Below, piece by piece: positions 9,029 to 22,829 of a stretch of DNA of 64,000 bases (position 1 is its first letter; each line of letters opens with the position of its first letter). The notes under the pieces are model-generated. The model searched no databases. It saw only the letters and a list, made by a program, of their open reading frames with translations, and was not told the DNA's origin. This DNA is from Candidatus Brocadiia bacterium JP1 (GTDB lineage: Bacteria; Planctomycetota; Brocadiia; Brocadiales; Bathyanammoxibiaceae), in assembly GCA_051388875.1 (NCBI GenBank), contig JBMFFR010000008.1, forward strand, positions 35,830 through 99,829, written 5' to 3'. Both the position numbers and the translations under genes were made by a program.

Positions 9029-12000
9029 ATGGAAGTAAAAGATTACAAGATAAGAGACTACAGTAAGGTACCAGAGGTCTTGGATGCCCCTAGCCTCACC
9101 GAAATACAAACTGAGGCTTACAGGAATTTTCTTCAAATAGACGTTCCTGCCTCTAGGCGGGAGAACAAGGGGTTAGAGGCCCTCTTAAGGGAAATTTTTC
9201 CAATAAGGAGTTATGATGGAAAGCTCATGCTTGAGTATACAAAGTATGAGTTAGGAAGGGCCAGGTACACGCCAGAGGAGTGCAAACAGTTAAAACTCAC
9301 CTACGGAAGGCCATTAAAACTCCTTCTCAGGCTAACAAACGTAGAAAAGCAGAAGAGTGTGGAGCAGGACGTATATGTGGGTGAAATGCCAGTAATGATT
9401 GGGGGAGGGGAATTTATCATTAACGGTACCGAGAGGGTGGTAGTTATTCAGCTACACCGTTCCCCTGGTGTAGACTTCCTTGAGGAGGTTTATCTAGAAA
9501 AGAGATTACATTCCTGTAGAATTATTCCAGAGAGGGGTAGCTGGGTAGAGATAGAGGTCAGCAAAAAAGACACCCTTCATGTGCGTATAGACCAGAGCGG
9601 CCGGTTCCCTGCCACGTGTTTCCTCAGGGCGATAACTGAGGAGTTCTCAAGGGATGAAGATATTTTGCGTCTTTTTTATGAGACAGAGACCATAAAACTG
9701 GGCGATCGCCCCAAGATTAAAAATTGTTACTCTGCCCAAACTATATTTGACCCTGCTACTGGGGAGGTCATCCTCAAGGCCGGCGCTCTCGTTACCGACT
9801 TGGTGATGGACGCCCTTAATAAGATGGATTTAAAAGAGTTAGAGGTTATAAAGAGAATAGATGATTTCGTAATATTAAATTCCCTTGATGAAGATAAGAC
9901 AAAGAGCCATGAAGAGGCCCTCTTAAAGTTATATACCCGCTTTCGTCCAGGAAATCCTGCACAACTAGATAAGGCCAAACAGTTATTCTACGAAAAATTC
10001 TTTGACCCCAATAGATACCGCCTGGGCTCAGTGGGTAGATTCCGTCTTAACAGAAAGCTTGCCCAGGTAGTTCCTGATACAGAGATGACACTACAGAAGG
10101 AAGATGTGGTAAATTGCATACGTTACCTGATGAAATTGAGGAGAGGCGAAGGGGTAGTAGACGACATAGATCACCTAGGAAACAGGAGATTGAGATGCAT
10201 AGATGAGCTCTTGAGGGAAGAACTACGCAGGGGTTTCTTAAAGCTTAGAAGGACAGTACAGGAGAGGATGAGTGGGAAGGAGGCAGAGCAGCTTGAGCCC
10301 AGGCTCCTTGTCAATAGCAAGACTATTATGTCCACAATAGATTATTTCTTCAGTCGTGGCGAACTCTCCCAAGTACTTGATCAAACAAATCCCCTTGCCC
10401 AGCTTACCCATGAGAGGCGCCTCAGTGCCCTGGGCCCCGGCGGGTTAAACCGTAAGAGAGCTGGCTTTGAGGTAAGAGACGTTCACGTTTCCCATTACGG
10501 AAGGATATGTCCCATTGAGACCCCAGAAGGCACAAATATAGGGCTAATTGCCTCTTTAGGCATCTATGCTTGTGTGGACGAGTATGGGTTTTTAGTTACC
10601 CCTTACCGGAAGGTAAAAGATGGAAAGGTTACCGGGGAAATAAAGCACCTGAGAGCTGACGAGGAAGAAAACAAGATATTGGCTCCAGCAGACAGCTTAG
10701 CTGGTATTGATGGTCATGGAAAGGGTTTACCCGAGAAGGTATTAGCCAGATATAATGGAGACTTCCAAACGGTGGACGCTAAGGAGGTAAGTTTTGCAGA
10801 TGTGTCTCCTAGACAGTTGGTAGGCGTCTCAGCCAGCCTTATTCCGTTCCTTGAACATAGCGATGCGAACCGTGCACTTATGGGTTCTAACATGCAGCGT
10901 CAGGCAGTACCTTTGGTTAAGACAGAGCATGCTATAGTCTCTACCGGGATGGAGGCAGTGGTTGCAAGGAACTCTAGCATGGTTGTCAGGGCAGAAAATT
11001 CCGGCACAGTCACCAAAGTCGCAAGTGATGTCGTTGTAATAGACGATAGAGATGTTTACCAATTGAGGAAATTTGTAGGGCTTAATGAGCGCACCTGCCT
11101 TAATCAAAGACCCGTTGTTAGGATGGGTCAGAAAGTGAAGAAAGGGGATATTATTGCTGATGGTGCCGCTACATGTAACGGCGAGCTAAGCTTGGGGAGA
11201 AACGTCTTGGTGGCTTTTCTGGCATGGGACGGATACAACTTTGAAGATGCTATTGTGGTAAGTGAACGACTCCTTAAGGAAGATTTTTTCACCTCTATCC
11301 ACATAGAGGAGTTTGAAGCGGAAGTAAGGGAGACTAAATTAGGGAAGGAGGAGTTTACTAGGGATATACCAAATGTATCTGAAAAGGTCTTAAAGAATCT
11401 GGACGAACATGGGATAGTCCTAGAGGGGACGAAGGCGAAACCCAGTGACATACTGGTAGGAAAGATTGCGCCGAAGAGTCGCAGCGAGCTCTCCCCGGAA
11501 GAAAAACTCCTTTATGCCATATTTGGTCGTGCTGGTGAAGATGTAAGGAACGAATCCCTTGAGGTGCCTTCCGGTGTGGAGGGGATTGTGATTAACACCC
11601 ATAGTTTCTCCCGAAAGGCATACCTTTCCGATGACAAAAGGAATGAGATTGACCAGGAAATTAATAAACTAGAAGCATACTATAGCAAAGAGATAGCTAG
11701 TGAATTTACAGCTATGCTCCATACCTTACAAAAAGAGATTGACGAATCTCTGTTGGATAGTCTGACCAATCAGGAATTTAGACCCAAAGCGGGCATGCCA
11801 CATAAACAAGTGCTGGAGATGGAAGAGGCATTTAATGTAGAAAACATTGCCTTTAGTACCCACAAGAAACGGGAGAAAGCTATTGCCCTATGCCAGCCAT
11901 TCCTACGGAAGATAGAGACCCTTAAAGATGCAAGAGACAGGAAGACAAATCAACTCAAGAGAGGCGACGAACTCCCAAGCGGCGTCTTAGAGGCGGCCAA

Positions 12001-12721
12001 GGTATCTATCGCTACCAAACGAAAGCTGTCGGTGGGAGACAAGATGGCAGGACGCCATGGCAACAAGGGTGTAATCGCCAGGATTCTGCCTGAAGAAGAT
12101 ATGCCCTTCTTGGAAGACGGGACTCCAGTGGACATACTGCTTAATCCCCTTGGGGTGCCATCCAGGATGAATATCGGCCAGCTCCTTGAGACGCATTTGG
12201 GTTGGGCTGCTAAGACCCTAGGATTCAGAGCTATTACCCCCGTTTTTGTGGGGGCCACTGAAGACGAGATAAAGACTGCACTTAAAGAGGCGGGACTCCC
12301 GGAAGACGGTAAGGCCATCCTGCATGACGGTCGTACAGGAGAGCCTCTAGAACAAAAGGTTACGGTAGGGCACATGTACATGATGAAACTACACCACTTG
12401 GTGGAGGACAAGATACACGCTAGGGCTACTGGACCTTACTCTTTGATTACCCAGCAGCCCCTTGGTGGAAAGGCCAGGTACGGTGGTCAGAGGTTTGGTG
12501 AGATGGAGGTGTGGGCATTAGAAGCCTATGGGGCAGCTTATAATCTCCAGGAACTCCTTACCGTTAAGAGTGACGATGTAGAGGGTAGAACCAAGATTTA
12601 CGAGACGATTGTAAAGGGGGAGAATTGTTTAGAAGCTGGCACACCCGCTTCCTTTGAGGTATTGTCAAAAGAGTTGCAAGGCCTTTGTCTGAATGTAGAA
12701 TTAGAGAAGAAGAGGTTTTAG
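9029..12721 (+). CDS. rpoB: DNA-directed RNA polymerase subunit beta
   Basis: 1230 aa. Motifs [59 protein letters not shown]. Confidence 0.99.
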   Translation: MEVKDYKIRDYSKVPEVLDAPSLTEIQTEAYRNFLQIDVPASRRENKGLEALLREIFPIRSYDGKLMLEYTKYELGRARYTPEECKQLKLTYGRPLKLLLRLTNVEKQKSVEQDVYVGEMPVMIGGGEFIINGTERVVVIQLHRSPGVDFLEEVYLEKRLHSCRIIPERGSWVEIEVSKKDTLHVRIDQSGRFPATCFLRAITEEFSRDEDILRLFYETETIKLGDRPKIKNCYSAQTIFDPATGEVILKAGALVTDLVMDALNKMDLKELEVIKRIDDFVILNSLDEDKTKSHEEALLKLYTRFRPGNPAQLDKAKQLFYEKFFDPNRYRLGSVGRFRLNRKLAQVVPDTEMTLQKEDVVNCIRYLMKLRRGEGVVDDIDHLGNRRLRCIDELLREELRRGFLKLRRTVQERMSGKEAEQLEPRLLVNSKTIMSTIDYFFSRGELSQVLDQTNPLAQLTHERRLSALGPGGLNRKRAGFEVRDVHVSHYGRICPIETPEGTNIGLIASLGIYACVDEYGFLVTPYRKVKDGKVTGEIKHLRADEEENKILAPADSLAGIDGHGKGLPEKVLARYNGDFQTVDAKEVSFADVSPRQLVGVSASLIPFLEHSDANRALMGSNMQRQAVPLVKTEHAIVSTGMEAVVARNSSMVVRAENSGTVTKVASDVVVIDDRDVYQLRKFVGLNERTCLNQRPVVRMGQKVKKGDIIADGAATCNGELSLGRNVLVAFLAWDGYNFEDAIVVSERLLKEDFFTSIHIEEFEAEVRETKLGKEEFTRDIPNVSEKVLKNLDEHGIVLEGTKAKPSDILVGKIAPKSRSELSPEEKLLYAIFGRAGEDVRNESLEVPSGVEGIVINTHSFSRKAYLSDDKRNEIDQEINKLEAYYSKEIASEFTAMLHTLQKEIDESLLDSLTNQEFRPKAGMPHKQVLEMEEAFNVENIAFSTHKKREKAIALCQPFLRKIETLKDARDRKTNQLKRGDELPSGVLEAAKVSIATKRKLSVGDKMAGRHGNKGVIARILPEEDMPFLEDGTPVDILLNPLGVPSRMNIGQLLETHLGWAAKTLGFRAITPVFVGATEDEIKTALKEAGLPEDGKAILHDGRTGEPLEQKVTVGHMYMMKLHHLVEDKIHARATGPYSLITQQPLGGKARYGGQRFGEMEVWALEAYGAAYNLQELLTVKSDDVEGRTKIYETIVKGENCLEAGTPASFEVLSKELQGLCLNVELEKKRF

Positions 12722-12730
12722 TGAGGTAGT

Positions 12731-15700
12731 ATGGAAACCCTGTTAGAAAAGATTAACGAATACGATGCTTTAAAGATACGGTTATCCTCTCCTGAGGATA
12801 TACGTGGTTGGTCCTATGGGGAAGTGAAAAAACCAGAGACAATCAACTATCGTACCTATAGGCCAGAAAAGGATGGGCTTTTCTGTGAGAGGATCTTTGG
12901 TCCCGAGAGGAACTGGGAATGCTTCTGTGGTAAGTATAAGGGAATAAAGCATAAGGGAATAGTATGTGACCGTTGTGGCGTAAAAATAACCCATTCCAGA
13001 GTAAGAAGAAAGCGGATGGGACATATAAATTTAGCCGCTCCAGTAGTGCATATCTGGTTCTTTAAGGCCATCCCATCAAGATTAGGCACGCTGCTTGGTA
13101 TGAAGACCAGTAGCCTGGAAAGAGTTGTATACTTCCAGGACTATGTGGTTATAGATTCCGGAAACACACCACTCAAGGAGTATCAACTTCTAAGTGAAGA
13201 AGAATACCGAGCTTGTCAGGAAAAATATGGTGAACATAGTTTTAAGGCAGGCATGGGTGCTGAGGCTGTTGAGGCTCTTTTAAAGAGACTGGATTTGGTG
13301 CAGCTTGGTAAGGACTTGAGGGAGTCACTGGCCCAGACCTCTTCTGGCCAGAAACAGAGGGAAATTATCCGAAGACTAGAACTAGTGGAGGCAATGCGGG
13401 ATTCTGGAAATAAGCCAGAGTGGATAGTGCTGAGAGTTGTTCCTGTCATACCCCCAGACCTCAGACCTCTGGTACTCCTTGAAAGTGGCAACTTCGCAAC
13501 AAGTGACCTAAATGACCTTTATAGAAGGATTATAAACCGCAACAACAGGCTAAAAAAACTAATAGAGCTTAATGCTCCAGAGGTCATTATAAGGAATGAA
13601 AAGAGGATGCTTCAGCAGGCCGTAGATGCCCTCTTTGACAACGAGCGCTCCAAACGCCCTGTCCTAGGCAGCAATAATAGGCCACTGAAGAGTTTAACAG
13701 ATATGATTCAGGGCAAACAGGGTCGCTTCAGGGAAAACCTCTTGGGTAAGAGGGTAGATTATTCAGCTCGTTCAGTAATAGTGGTAGGTCCAGAACTCAA
13801 ACTTCATCAGGTAGGTCTTCCAAAGAAAATTGCCCTTGAACTCTTCCAGCCTTTTATTATCCGAAGGCTAAGGGAGTTAGGTCTTGCAGATACGATAAAA
13901 AGTGCTAAGAGGATATTGGCTAAGAAGGAAGAGGTTGTGTGGGATGTATTGGAGGAAGTAGTTAGCCACCATCCAGTACTTCTTAACAGGGCCCCAACCC
14001 TCCACAGGATAGGCATACAGGCCTTTGAACCAGTTCTTGTAGAGGGAAGCGCCATAAAGCTGCATCCATTGGTATGTAAAGGCTTCAATGCAGACTTTGA
14101 TGGCGATCAAATGGCAGTACATCTTCCACTATCCTACGAGGCCCAGATAGAGGCTGTAACCATTATGCTCTCTACTAACAATATCTTCTCCCCAGCCTCC
14201 GGAGAGCCTATCATCACACCTTCACAGGATATGGTACTGGGTTGTGCTTATCTTACTTACTGGATAGATGACGAAGAGCTTGAAAAACCCAGAAGGGTTT
14301 TTGGTTCCTTTGATGAAGTATTGTTTGCCCATGCGGAAAAGAAGGTTAAAACGCATACCCACATAGAGGTAAAACTGCCAGAAGGAAAAGCAGTAGTAAC
14401 TAAGGAAGCGCCTAGAGGGGGTGCCAACGGGCTACTTAAAACCACAGTGGGCAGGGTTATATTCAACAATATTCTTCCACAAGAACTACCCTTCTACAAT
14501 TATAATCTTGACCAAAAAAGTCTAAACAGCATTATTCATGATTGCTACAAGATTACTGGGAAGGAAAGGACTATAGACCTCCTGGATGACATTAAAGAAC
14601 TTGGTTTTAAGGTATGCACGTGGGCAGGGCTATCACTTGCCGTCAGTGACCTTAAAATGCCCAAGAAGAAGGGCCAAATAATAGCCAAGACAGAGCAGGA
14701 AGTAGAAAAGATACAGAGACACTACCGCAAGGCCGCCATTACTGAGGGTGAGCGTTATAATCAGATAATAGACTCCTGGACGGATGCCACTAATACCGTT
14801 GCAGAGGAAATGGTAAAAGAAATGGAGAAGGACATAAGAGATGACAAGCCATATCTTAACCCTGTACATCTCATGATGTCCTCCGGTGCCAGAGGTAGTA
14901 ACCAACAAGTACGCCAGCTGGCGGGAATGAGGGGCCTTATGGCCAAACCTTCAGGACGCATCATTGAGACGCCCATAAAGGCTAACTTCCGAGAAGGGCT
15001 AGGGGTGTTAGAGTACTTTAGTTCAACTCATGGAGCAAGAAAGGGGTTGGCAGATACCGCACTGAAGACGGCCGATAGTGGCTATCTAACCAGAAAACTT
15101 GCAGATGTAGCGCAAAATGTAGTAATTACGGGTAGGGATTGTGGGACATTGGGCGGTATTACTAAGAGTGCCATTTACAGGGGTGACAAGGTAGAAGTGC
15201 CTCTTGGTAAGGTAATCACAGGGAGGGTGGCTAGAAACAGTATCGTTGATTTTGTAAGAGACGAGGTAATAGTTAGAGAAAACGATCTGATTACAGAAGA
15301 AAAGGCCAAAAGGATAGAGGCTCTTGGCTTTGATAAGATAAGAGTCCGCTCGCCTCTGACTTGTGAGATGCACTTAGGCGTATGCAGCATGTGCTACGGA
15401 ATGGATCTTTCTAGAGGTGAGACAGGAGAAGAGGGCACTGCGGTAGGTATAATAGCAGCCCAGTCTATAGGAGAGCCCGGCACACAGCTAACAATGAGGA
15501 CGTTCCATATCGGTGGTACGGCTGCTCGTTCAGTAGAAGAATCTGAGCTAAGGGCAAAAAGGGCAGGCTTGATAGAGTTTGCCCCAAACCTGAAGGTGGT
15601 GAAGAATCCACAGGGCCAGGTAGTATCACTAGTAGCCAATGGCGAGATTCACATAGTGGATGAAAAGAATAGGTTAATAGATAAATGCCTTGTACCGATG

Positions 15701-16801
15701 GGTGCGGCCATTGTGGTGAAGAGTGGGGAAAAGGTAACATCCCAGCAGTTATTGGCAAGGTGGGATCCCCATATGACCCCAATCCTGGCAGAGTTCATGG
15801 GGTCAATACGCTTTGAGGATATTATTGAAGCGAAGACCCTACGCACTGAAGTAGATACAACAGGGATTAAGAGGAAGTTTATCATAGAACATAAAGGAGA
15901 CTTCCACCCCCAGATTATTATAGAGGATTCTAGTGGTAAAATACTCTGTGCTTATCCTATACCTGAAAAGGCTTACATAGACGTAGAAGAAGGGGAGGAG
16001 GTAGAACCCGGAACGCTACTGGCTAAGACACCAAGGGAAATAGCACGCACAGAAGATATCACAGGCGGTTTGCCCCGGGTAACAGAAATATTTGAGGCAA
16101 GGAAACCGAAAGACCCGGCTGTAATAAGTGAGATAGAAGGCATTGTGGAGTTGGGTGAAAAAAGAAGGGGCAAGAGGACTATAATTGTTAAGGATGAGGT
16201 ATCGGGCGTCTCAAGGGAACATTTGGTACCAAGGGGGAAGCATCTTAAGGTGCACAGGGGTGACCGCGTAAGGGCGGGTGACCCCCTAGTGGAAGGACCT
16301 CTGGTACTGCAGGATATTCTCCGCATATGTGGAGAAGAAGAGTTGCAGCAATACATGCTGAAAGAGGTGCAAAATGTTTACCGCTCTCAAAATGTACCTA
16401 TAGATGACAAACACATAGAGATTATTATTTGTCAGATGCTCAGGAAGATAAAGGTGGATGACTCGGGAGACACAATCTTCCTGCCAGGGCAAATAGTAGA
16501 CAAGTTTAGGTTTAGAGAGGAAAATAAAAGGGTGAAAGAAGCAGGGGGTAAGGCTGCTACCGCTAAACCAATGCTTATGGGTATCACTAAGGCCGCTCTA
16601 CAATCTGAGAGCTTTGTGTCAGCGGCCAGCTTCCAAGAGACTACGAAGGTTCTTACCATAGCTGCCTTAAGGGGGCAGAGGGATAGCCTTGTGGGCCTTA
16701 AGGAAAATGTTATACTTGGCCACTTGGTGCCCGCTGGTACAGGGTTTAAGACGTTTGCGGGCTTAGAGGTAAGGAAGTCAGAGTTAGAGCCCCCTAAGTA
16801 G
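12731..16801 (+). CDS. rpoC: DNA-directed RNA polymerase subunit beta'
   Basis: 1356 aa. N-terminal Zn finger [20 protein letters not shown] and catalytic [12 protein letters not shown]. Confidence 0.99.
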   Translation: METLLEKINEYDALKIRLSSPEDIRGWSYGEVKKPETINYRTYRPEKDGLFCERIFGPERNWECFCGKYKGIKHKGIVCDRCGVKITHSRVRRKRMGHINLAAPVVHIWFFKAIPSRLGTLLGMKTSSLERVVYFQDYVVIDSGNTPLKEYQLLSEEEYRACQEKYGEHSFKAGMGAEAVEALLKRLDLVQLGKDLRESLAQTSSGQKQREIIRRLELVEAMRDSGNKPEWIVLRVVPVIPPDLRPLVLLESGNFATSDLNDLYRRIINRNNRLKKLIELNAPEVIIRNEKRMLQQAVDALFDNERSKRPVLGSNNRPLKSLTDMIQGKQGRFRENLLGKRVDYSARSVIVVGPELKLHQVGLPKKIALELFQPFIIRRLRELGLADTIKSAKRILAKKEEVVWDVLEEVVSHHPVLLNRAPTLHRIGIQAFEPVLVEGSAIKLHPLVCKGFNADFDGDQMAVHLPLSYEAQIEAVTIMLSTNNIFSPASGEPIITPSQDMVLGCAYLTYWIDDEELEKPRRVFGSFDEVLFAHAEKKVKTHTHIEVKLPEGKAVVTKEAPRGGANGLLKTTVGRVIFNNILPQELPFYNYNLDQKSLNSIIHDCYKITGKERTIDLLDDIKELGFKVCTWAGLSLAVSDLKMPKKKGQIIAKTEQEVEKIQRHYRKAAITEGERYNQIIDSWTDATNTVAEEMVKEMEKDIRDDKPYLNPVHLMMSSGARGSNQQVRQLAGMRGLMAKPSGRIIETPIKANFREGLGVLEYFSSTHGARKGLADTALKTADSGYLTRKLADVAQNVVITGRDCGTLGGITKSAIYRGDKVEVPLGKVITGRVARNSIVDFVRDEVIVRENDLITEEKAKRIEALGFDKIRVRSPLTCEMHLGVCSMCYGMDLSRGETGEEGTAVGIIAAQSIGEPGTQLTMRTFHIGGTAARSVEESELRAKRAGLIEFAPNLKVVKNPQGQVVSLVANGEIHIVDEKNRLIDKCLVPMGAAIVVKSGEKVTSQQLLARWDPHMTPILAEFMGSIRFEDIIEAKTLRTEVDTTGIKRKFIIEHKGDFHPQIIIEDSSGKILCAYPIPEKAYIDVEEGEEVEPGTLLAKTPREIARTEDITGGLPRVTEIFEARKPKDPAVISEIEGIVELGEKRRGKRTIIVKDEVSGVSREHLVPRGKHLKVHRGDRVRAGDPLVEGPLVLQDILRICGEEELQQYMLKEVQNVYRSQNVPIDDKHIEIIICQMLRKIKVDDSGDTIFLPGQIVDKFRFREENKRVKEAGGKAATAKPMLMGITKAALQSESFVSAASFQETTKVLTIAALRGQRDSLVGLKENVILGHLVPAGTGFKTFAGLEVRKSELEPPK

Positions 16802-16844
16802 ACCAAGCAAAGATAATATTTTTGAGAAATAGAGGAATCTTTTT

Positions 16845-17216
16845 ATGCCAACAATCAATCAGCTAATAAGAAAAGGAAGAAAAGGAGTAAAGAAAAAGAG
16901 CCGTAGTATTGACCTTGAAAGTTGCCCCCAGAAAAGAGGAGTCTGCTTACAGGTTATGACACGGACTCCCAAAAAGCCAAATTCAGCTTTGCGAAAGGTA
17001 GCAAGGGTTAGGCTCTCCAATGGTAGGGAGATTACTGTCTATATACCTGGCGAAGGACACAACCTCCAGGAGCACTCCATTGTATTGGTAAGGGGAGGGA
17101 GGGTGAGAGACCTGCCTGGTATAAAATATCACATTGTTCGTGGTTCATTGGATGCGGCGGGAGTGGAAGGCAGAAGGAGGAGCCGCTCTAAATATGGTGC
17201 AAAGAGTCCTAAATAG
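16845..17216 (+). CDS. rpsL: 30S ribosomal protein S12
   Basis: [12 protein letters not shown].., [16 protein letters not shown]. Confidence 0.98.
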   Translation: MPTINQLIRKGRKGVKKKSRSIDLESCPQKRGVCLQVMTRTPKKPNSALRKVARVRLSNGREITVYIPGEGHNLQEHSIVLVRGGRVRDLPGIKYHIVRGSLDAAGVEGRRRSRSKYGAKSPK

Positions 17217-17234
17217 ACAAAGGGGTAAGCTGCT

Positions 17235-17708
17235 ATGGCTTTAGAGTATAGGAGTACAGAAGTCTTCCTTAAACCCGACGTGGTATATGGGAGCAAACTG
17301 ATTTCTAAAATAGTAAATTGTATAATGCGGAAAGGAAAGAAGAGCCTTGCAGAGAAGGCAGTTTACGGTGCTATGGAGGTAGTCAAAAAACGCCTGCCGG
17401 ACAAAGAGCCAATAGAGGTTTTAGAAGCAGCGGTTGGGAATGTTAAACCTTTATTAGAGGTACGCTCCAGACGTATAGGTGGGGCAACCTATCAGATTCC
17501 GGTGGAAGTACCAAGGAAGAGACAACTCTCTTTAGCTATAAGGTGGATGGTTCAGTCTGCTGGTACAAAAAAGGGACGTCCCATGTATCAGAAGTTGGCT
17601 GAAGAGATTATAGACGCTTACAAAAAGCAAGGCGCCGCTTATACAAAGAGAGAGAATGTTCATAAAATGGCTGAAGCAAATAAGGCCTTTGCACACTTTA
17701 CATGGTAA
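17235..17708 (+). CDS. rpsG: 30S ribosomal protein S7
   Basis: 157 aa with S7-like [11 protein letters not shown] and C-terminal ..AFAHFTW. Follows rpsL. Confidence 0.97.
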   Translation: MALEYRSTEVFLKPDVVYGSKLISKIVNCIMRKGKKSLAEKAVYGAMEVVKKRLPDKEPIEVLEAAVGNVKPLLEVRSRRIGGATYQIPVEVPRKRQLSLAIRWMVQSAGTKKGRPMYQKLAEEIIDAYKKQGAAYTKRENVHKMAEANKAFAHFTW

Positions 17709-19774
17709 GGAGTACTGTGGAGAATATGTCTTTAGAAAAGCTTAGAAATATTGGTATAGCCGCACATATAGATGCGGGGAAAACAACCCTTAGTGAAAGG
17801 ATTATTTACTATTCAGGAAGGTCCTACAAAATGGGCGAGGTGGATGAAGGCACTGCCACCCTTGACTGGATGGAAGAGGAACAGAAAAGAGGAATAACCA
17901 TTACGGCAGCTGCGACCACCTGCCTATGGAAGGATTTCATAATAAATCTTATTGATACGCCAGGCCACGTAGACTTTACAGTGGAGGTGGAGAGGTCGTT
18001 AAGGGTATTAGACGGGGCAATATGCGTCTTTTGTGGTGTGGGAGGGGTAGAGGCACAGTCAGAAACAGTTTGGCGTCAGGCTGATAGATACGGAGTACCC
18101 AGGCTCTGTTTTGTGAACAAGCTTGACCGTGTAGGTTCAGACTTCTTCAGGGTAGTAGAAGAGGTGAGAGAGAAGTTAGGGGCGAAGCCAATTCCGATAC
18201 AAATCCCTCTCGGGAGGGAGCAAGATTTCAGAGGGTGTATAGACCTTGTGAGCATGAAGGCTTATATGTACGAAGGGGAAGAGTTAGGCACAAAATTTAC
18301 AGAGATTGACATACCAACCAAGGATTTATCCATTGCCAAAAAGATGCACGAAGAGATGATAGAAAAGGTAGCGGAAGAGGTGGATTGGCTTATGGAGATG
18401 TATCTCAGAGAGGAGCCCATAGGAGAGGCGGATATTAAAAAGGCCATCCGCCAGGCTACTATTAGTGCCAGGATATTCCCGGTTCTGTGCGGCACTGCTT
18501 TGAAGTATAAGGGTGTACAGCCACTACTTGATGCCGTATGTGATTACCTACCTTCTCCGCTAGATGTACCACCAGTAGAAGCCACCCATCCTGAGAAGGA
18601 TGAGATGCTTATCTTGAGCGCCTCAGCGGACGAACCTTTAGCCGCTTTGGCCTTCAAGATTATGGCGGATAAACACGGAGACCTCACCTATCTAAGAATA
18701 TACTCCGGACTGTTAAGTTCTGGACAGAGGGTCTTTAACCCTAGGAAGAAAAAGATAGAACTAGTAAGCCGTCTTTATAAGATGCATGCCAATACAAGAG
18801 AACAAGTGGAAGAGGCAACCGCCGGGGATATCATTGCTGCCATAGGACTAAAGGATACGGTAACAGGAGACACCCTTTGCGAACGACAAAACCCTTTACT
18901 CTTAGAGCCTATGTACTTCCCAGAGACTGTAATCTCCATGGCAATAGAACCTAAGACTCAGGCAGAAAAAGATAAACTAATATACGCCTTAGAGAAACTA
19001 AGGAAGGAAGATCCAACCTTTAGGGTGAAAATGAACGAGGAGACAGGGCAGCTGATAATCTCTGGTATGGGTGAACTTCATCTAGAGGTACTAAAAAACC
19101 GAATGCTCCGTGAGTTTAAGGTGGATGCCAATGTGGGTTCGCCAAGAGTGGCCTACAAGGAGACGCTTGGAAGGGCTGTACTTATAGAGGAAAAATTTAT
19201 ACAACAAACCGGTGGGCGTGGTCAATATGGTCATGTCATAATCCTTTTCGAACCCTGTAAAGATGCCCATCCAGTTATATTTGAGGAAGAGATAATAGGA
19301 GGGGCAATCCCCAGACCCTATATCAAAGCTGTTGCTTCAGCTGTAGGGGAGACGGCTAAAGGAGGTGTTATGGGGGGATACCCACTGATAAATATTAAGG
19401 CTACTTTGAAGGGTGGCTCCCATCACCCAGTGGATTCTTCTGATCTTGCCTTTTATACGGCAGCAGCAAGGGCTTTTAGCCGAGCAATACATGAGGGAGG
19501 ATCTGTACTACTAGAGCCAATAATGAAGGTGGAGGTATCTGTACCTGAGACTAATCTGGGAGATGCGTTAGGAGACCTTAATGGTCGCAGAGCCGACATC
19601 ATGGAATTAGACATTAGAAGCGGGGTCAGAGTAATCAAGGGCGTTGCACCCCTTGCTGAGATGTTCGGTTATGCCACTGTGTTGAGGTCGCTCACAAGTG
19701 GTAGAGGGAGTTACATTATGGAACCCTTTGAGTATAGAGCCGTTCCTAAGGAACTTTGCGTGTCTGCACGTTAG
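17702..19774 (+). CDS. fusA: translation elongation factor G
   Basis: [22 protein letters not shown]. 690 aa from ATG 17702, which overlaps rpsG. GTG 17717 or ATG 17726 after SD AAGGAG (17707-17712) are alternative starts. Confidence 0.97.
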   Translation: MVRSTVENMSLEKLRNIGIAAHIDAGKTTLSERIIYYSGRSYKMGEVDEGTATLDWMEEEQKRGITITAAATTCLWKDFIINLIDTPGHVDFTVEVERSLRVLDGAICVFCGVGGVEAQSETVWRQADRYGVPRLCFVNKLDRVGSDFFRVVEEVREKLGAKPIPIQIPLGREQDFRGCIDLVSMKAYMYEGEELGTKFTEIDIPTKDLSIAKKMHEEMIEKVAEEVDWLMEMYLREEPIGEADIKKAIRQATISARIFPVLCGTALKYKGVQPLLDAVCDYLPSPLDVPPVEATHPEKDEMLILSASADEPLAALAFKIMADKHGDLTYLRIYSGLLSSGQRVFNPRKKKIELVSRLYKMHANTREQVEEATAGDIIAAIGLKDTVTGDTLCERQNPLLLEPMYFPETVISMAIEPKTQAEKDKLIYALEKLRKEDPTFRVKMNEETGQLIISGMGELHLEVLKNRMLREFKVDANVGSPRVAYKETLGRAVLIEEKFIQQTGGRGQYGHVIILFEPCKDAHPVIFEEEIIGGAIPRPYIKAVASAVGETAKGGVMGGYPLINIKATLKGGSHHPVDSSDLAFYTAAARAFSRAIHEGGSVLLEPIMKVEVSVPETNLGDALGDLNGRRADIMELDIRSGVRVIKGVAPLAEMFGYATVLRSLTSGRGSYIMEPFEYRAVPKELCVSAR

Positions 19775-19778
19775 GAAG

Positions 19779-19806
19779 TTGACAAAAACAGAAAAAATGG
19801 TAATCT
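19779..19806 (+). promoter_or_regulatory. possible sigma70-like promoter for the S10 operon
   Basis: TTGACA (19779-19784), 16-nt spacer ending in TGg, then TAATCT (19801-19806). The layout matches the 4124-4151 promoter. Confidence 0.35.
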
Positions 19807-19829
19807 AGATATTTTTCCTGGGATTGACT

Positions 19830-20141
19830 ATGGTAATCGACCAAAAGATAAGGATAAGGATGGAGGCTTACGACCACAAAATATTGGATCAAGCCGCAGC
19901 GGAGATAGTAGAAACTGCTAAAAGGACAGGGGCGAAGGTATTCGGGCCAATACCCCTGCCTACCCGTATAGAGAGATATACTGTGTTAAGGTCCCCTCAT
20001 GTGGACAAGAAGTCAAGGGAGCAGTTTGAAATTCGCACCCATAAGCGACTGATAGATATTGTAGAGCCTACCGCTAAGACAGTAGACGCCTTGAACAGGC
20101 TTAATATGCCTGCGGGGATAGAGATAAGGATTAAGATATAA
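19830..20141 (+). CDS. rpsJ: 30S ribosomal protein S10
   Basis: [21 protein letters not shown].. The track ORF starts at TTG 19824; ATG 19830 fits the usual N-terminus. Confidence 0.96.
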   Translation: MVIDQKIRIRMEAYDHKILDQAAAEIVETAKRTGAKVFGPIPLPTRIERYTVLRSPHVDKKSREQFEIRTHKRLIDIVEPTAKTVDALNRLNMPAGIEIRIKI

Positions 20142-20161
20142 GTTAAGGGGGTATAATTGGT

Positions 20162-20797
20162 ATGCTCACGGGACTATTAGGCAAAAAGATTGGCATGAGC
20201 CAGCTATTTCTGGAAGATGGCAGGTTGATGCCTGTTACCATCTTACAAGCAGGGCCTTGTCTGGTACTCCAGGTAAAGACCAAGGAGGAGGACGGCTATT
20301 CTGCCCTTCAGTTGGGTTTTGAGGATAAGAGGGGAAAAAATGCTACGAAACCAGAGATCGGGCATGCTGAGAAGGCTGGAACCGGCCCTAAAAGATTTGT
20401 TAGTGAGATAGCGTTTACAGATACCTCTCCCCTACAACCAGGTCAGTCCATAGGGGCTGAAGTCTTTGAGGGGGTAAAGAAGGTGGATATCACTGGGATA
20501 AGCAAAGGTAAGGGGTTCCAAGGGCCTATGAAGAGGTGGGGTTTTGCGGGTGGCCCAGATGCCCATGGTTCCACCAGGCATAGGGCACCCGGCTCAATAG
20601 GCTCCAACACGGATCCTGCTAGGGTTTGGAAGGGTAAGCGTATGGCAGGACATATGGGCATGGAACGGGTGACCGTACAGAATCTACAAGTGGTGAAAGT
20701 AGATACCCAGAGAAACTTACTTATGGTGAAAGGCGCTGTCCCCGGGACCGATGGCGGTTACGTGATAATAAGAAGAAGCGTGAAGGCAAAAGAATGA
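20162..20797 (+). CDS. rplC: 50S ribosomal protein L3
   Basis: [33 protein letters not shown] signature. Confidence 0.97.
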   Translation: MLTGLLGKKIGMSQLFLEDGRLMPVTILQAGPCLVLQVKTKEEDGYSALQLGFEDKRGKNATKPEIGHAEKAGTGPKRFVSEIAFTDTSPLQPGQSIGAEVFEGVKKVDITGISKGKGFQGPMKRWGFAGGPDAHGSTRHRAPGSIGSNTDPARVWKGKRMAGHMGMERVTVQNLQVVKVDTQRNLLMVKGAVPGTDGGYVIIRRSVKAKE

Positions 20798-21411
20798 TAG
20801 AGTTAACTGTTTACAATTATAATGGGGAGCAAGTGGACAAGCTCTCTCTTGAGCAAGAAAGGTTTGGGGGTGAGGTAAAAAAGGCCCTCCTTAAGGATGC
20901 CATCCTTATGTACGAGGCCAACAGGAGGGTGGGAACCGCTTGTACAAAGACCAAGGCAGAGGTGCGTGGTTCAGGTAGAAAGCCGTGGCCTCAAAAGCAC
21001 ACCGGAAGGGCAAGGGCTGGTACGGTCCGTTCCCCTTTATGGAGAAAGGGGGGTGTCGTTTTCGGCCCAAAACCTAGAGATTATTACTATCAGATGCCAA
21101 AAAAGGCAAGGAGACAAGCTCTCCGCTCTGCTATATTGGGTAAACTCTTAGATGGGGAAATCACAGTAATAGAAGGATTTGGGGAATTTAATAAGCCAAG
21201 TACTGGGAAGATGGCTGAGATATTGAAGAGTTTGGGTATTAATGAGAGTTGCCTAATTATTGCCAAGGATGATAGTAACCAGAACTTACGGAAATCAGCC
21301 AGGAATATTCCCGGAATAGCTTTTATGCCCGCTTCACAATTGAATGCATATGAAGTTTTAAAAAGGAAGAGGCTCCTTATTACCAAGGACCAGTTAAGTA
21401 ACATACAGTAA
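20794..21411 (+). CDS. rplD: 50S ribosomal protein L4
   Basis: 205 aa. SGRKPWPQKHTGRARAGTVRSPLWRKGG. 4-nt overlap with rplC. Confidence 0.97.
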   Translation: MIELTVYNYNGEQVDKLSLEQERFGGEVKKALLKDAILMYEANRRVGTACTKTKAEVRGSGRKPWPQKHTGRARAGTVRSPLWRKGGVVFGPKPRDYYYQMPKKARRQALRSAILGKLLDGEITVIEGFGEFNKPSTGKMAEILKSLGINESCLIIAKDDSNQNLRKSARNIPGIAFMPASQLNAYEVLKRKRLLITKDQLSNIQ

Positions 21412-21421
21412 GAGAACCAAA

Positions 21422-21703
21422 ATGGATATATACGGAATAATCAGGAGGCCCTTACACACAGAGAAAAGCGTCACCGATAGGGATAGGCAGCATGCTTATC
21501 ACTTTGAAGTGGATAAGAGGGCCAACAAAATACAAATAAAGAATGCCGTTGAAAAACTTTTTAAGGTAAAGGTTCTTAATGTGAGGACTGTAAACAGAAG
21601 GGGTAAACCCCGAAGGACAAGATTTGGTCCATTAAAAATTCATACGTGGAAGAAAGCAATTGTAACTCTGGCAGAAGGAAACACTATAGATTTGGGGTAC
21701 TAG
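21422..21703 (+). CDS. rplW: 50S ribosomal protein L23
   Basis: 93 aa. Operon position and the L23-like stretch [24 protein letters not shown]. Confidence 0.95.
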   Translation: MDIYGIIRRPLHTEKSVTDRDRQHAYHFEVDKRANKIQIKNAVEKLFKVKVLNVRTVNRRGKPRRTRFGPLKIHTWKKAIVTLAEGNTIDLGY

Positions 21704-21707
21704 ATAT

Positions 21708-22532
21708 ATGCCGAAATCTTATAAACCCACATCTCCTGGAAGACGCTTTGGTAGTGTCCTAGATTTTTCTGAACTTACACCTAAAAAGCCTGAAAAGTCC
21801 CTGCTTGAACCTCTACCCAAATCAGGTGGCAGGAACAACTACGGTAATTATACTGCTGCGCATAGAGGAGGTGGGGCAAAACGTCTTTATAGAGTTATAG
21901 ACTTCAGGAGGAAGAAAGACAATATCCCGGCAGTAGTGGCCAGCATTGAATACGATCCTAACCGTTCTGCAAGGATTGCACTTTTACATTATAAGGATGG
22001 TGAAAAGCGATATATACTAGCTCCAGAGGGGTTAAAGGTAGGCGATACAGTGATTTCGGGTGAGCAAGTAGAACCGAAAGTGGGTAATACCATGCTCCTG
22101 AAGAATGTTCCTCCTGGGATGGATATCCATAATATTGAGTTAAAGATTGGACGTGGGGGTCAAATAGTTAGGTCGGCAGGTAGCGTAGCAAGGATACTGG
22201 CTAAGGAAGGTGGATATGCTCAGGTATTACTTCCTTCAGGGGAGATACGAAAGATCCATGAGAGTTGTAGGGCAACAATAGGGAAGTTAGGTAATGCAGA
22301 CCACATAAATGTAGTTCTTGGAAAGGCGGGCAGGAAGAGACATATGGGCAGAAGGCCCCATGTGCGTGGAGTCGCCATGAACCCAGTATCCCATCCCATG
22401 GGTGGAGGGGAAGGTAGGGCGCACGGAGGGCGGCCCCCCTGTTCACGAACTGGCGTCCTTTCTAAAGGTGGAAGGACCCGAGACAAGAGGAAAATTAGCA
22501 ACAGGTTTGTTCTCCGTAGGAGGCAGAAATAG
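21708..22532 (+). CDS. rplB: 50S ribosomal protein L2
   Basis: [26 protein letters not shown] and HPMGGGEGR motifs. Confidence 0.98.
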   Translation: MPKSYKPTSPGRRFGSVLDFSELTPKKPEKSLLEPLPKSGGRNNYGNYTAAHRGGGAKRLYRVIDFRRKKDNIPAVVASIEYDPNRSARIALLHYKDGEKRYILAPEGLKVGDTVISGEQVEPKVGNTMLLKNVPPGMDIHNIELKIGRGGQIVRSAGSVARILAKEGGYAQVLLPSGEIRKIHESCRATIGKLGNADHINVVLGKAGRKRHMGRRPHVRGVAMNPVSHPMGGGEGRAHGGRPPCSRTGVLSKGGRTRDKRKISNRFVLRRRQK

Positions 22533-22535
22533 GCG

Positions 22536-22826
22536 ATGGGGCGTTCTGTAAAAAAAGGACCATACATTGACCAAAAACTCCTTAAAAAGGTTCATAAGCA
22601 AAAAGAGGCGGGCAATAAAGACCCCATACGTACTTGGGCAAGGGCCTGTACCATAATCCCGGAGTTTGTGGGCCACACCTTTTTAATTCACAACGGGAAG
22701 ACCTTCATTAAACTTTTTGTTACAGAAGACATGGTGGGGCACAGGTTGGGTGAGTTTTCCCTGACACGTATCTTTAGGGGGCATGGCGGTGTAAAAAAGA
22801 AAGAGGGAAAAGCTCCGGGGACATAA
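22536..22826 (+). CDS. rpsS: 30S ribosomal protein S19
   Basis: MGRSVKKGPYID.. and GHRLGEF. Confidence 0.97.
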   Translation: MGRSVKKGPYIDQKLLKKVHKQKEAGNKDPIRTWARACTIIPEFVGHTFLIHNGKTFIKLFVTEDMVGHRLGEFSLTRIFRGHGGVKKKEGKAPGT

Positions 22827-22829
22827 GGC

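Noticed and set aside
4407-16806. Many 60-165-aa antisense or alternative-frame ORFs inside tuf, rplA, rplJ/rplL, rpoB and rpoC (e.g. 4812..5210, 8533..9030, 11950..12411, 15973..16356, 16432..16806)
   Set aside because: They overlap highly conserved genes, have Ser/Pro/Leu-rich low-complexity translations and lack SD/start context. They are typical shadow ORFs.
20897-21151. 84-aa plus-strand ORF in an alternative frame of rplD
   Set aside because: It lies fully inside L4 coding sequence and has an Arg/Gly/Pro-rich translation with no independent support.
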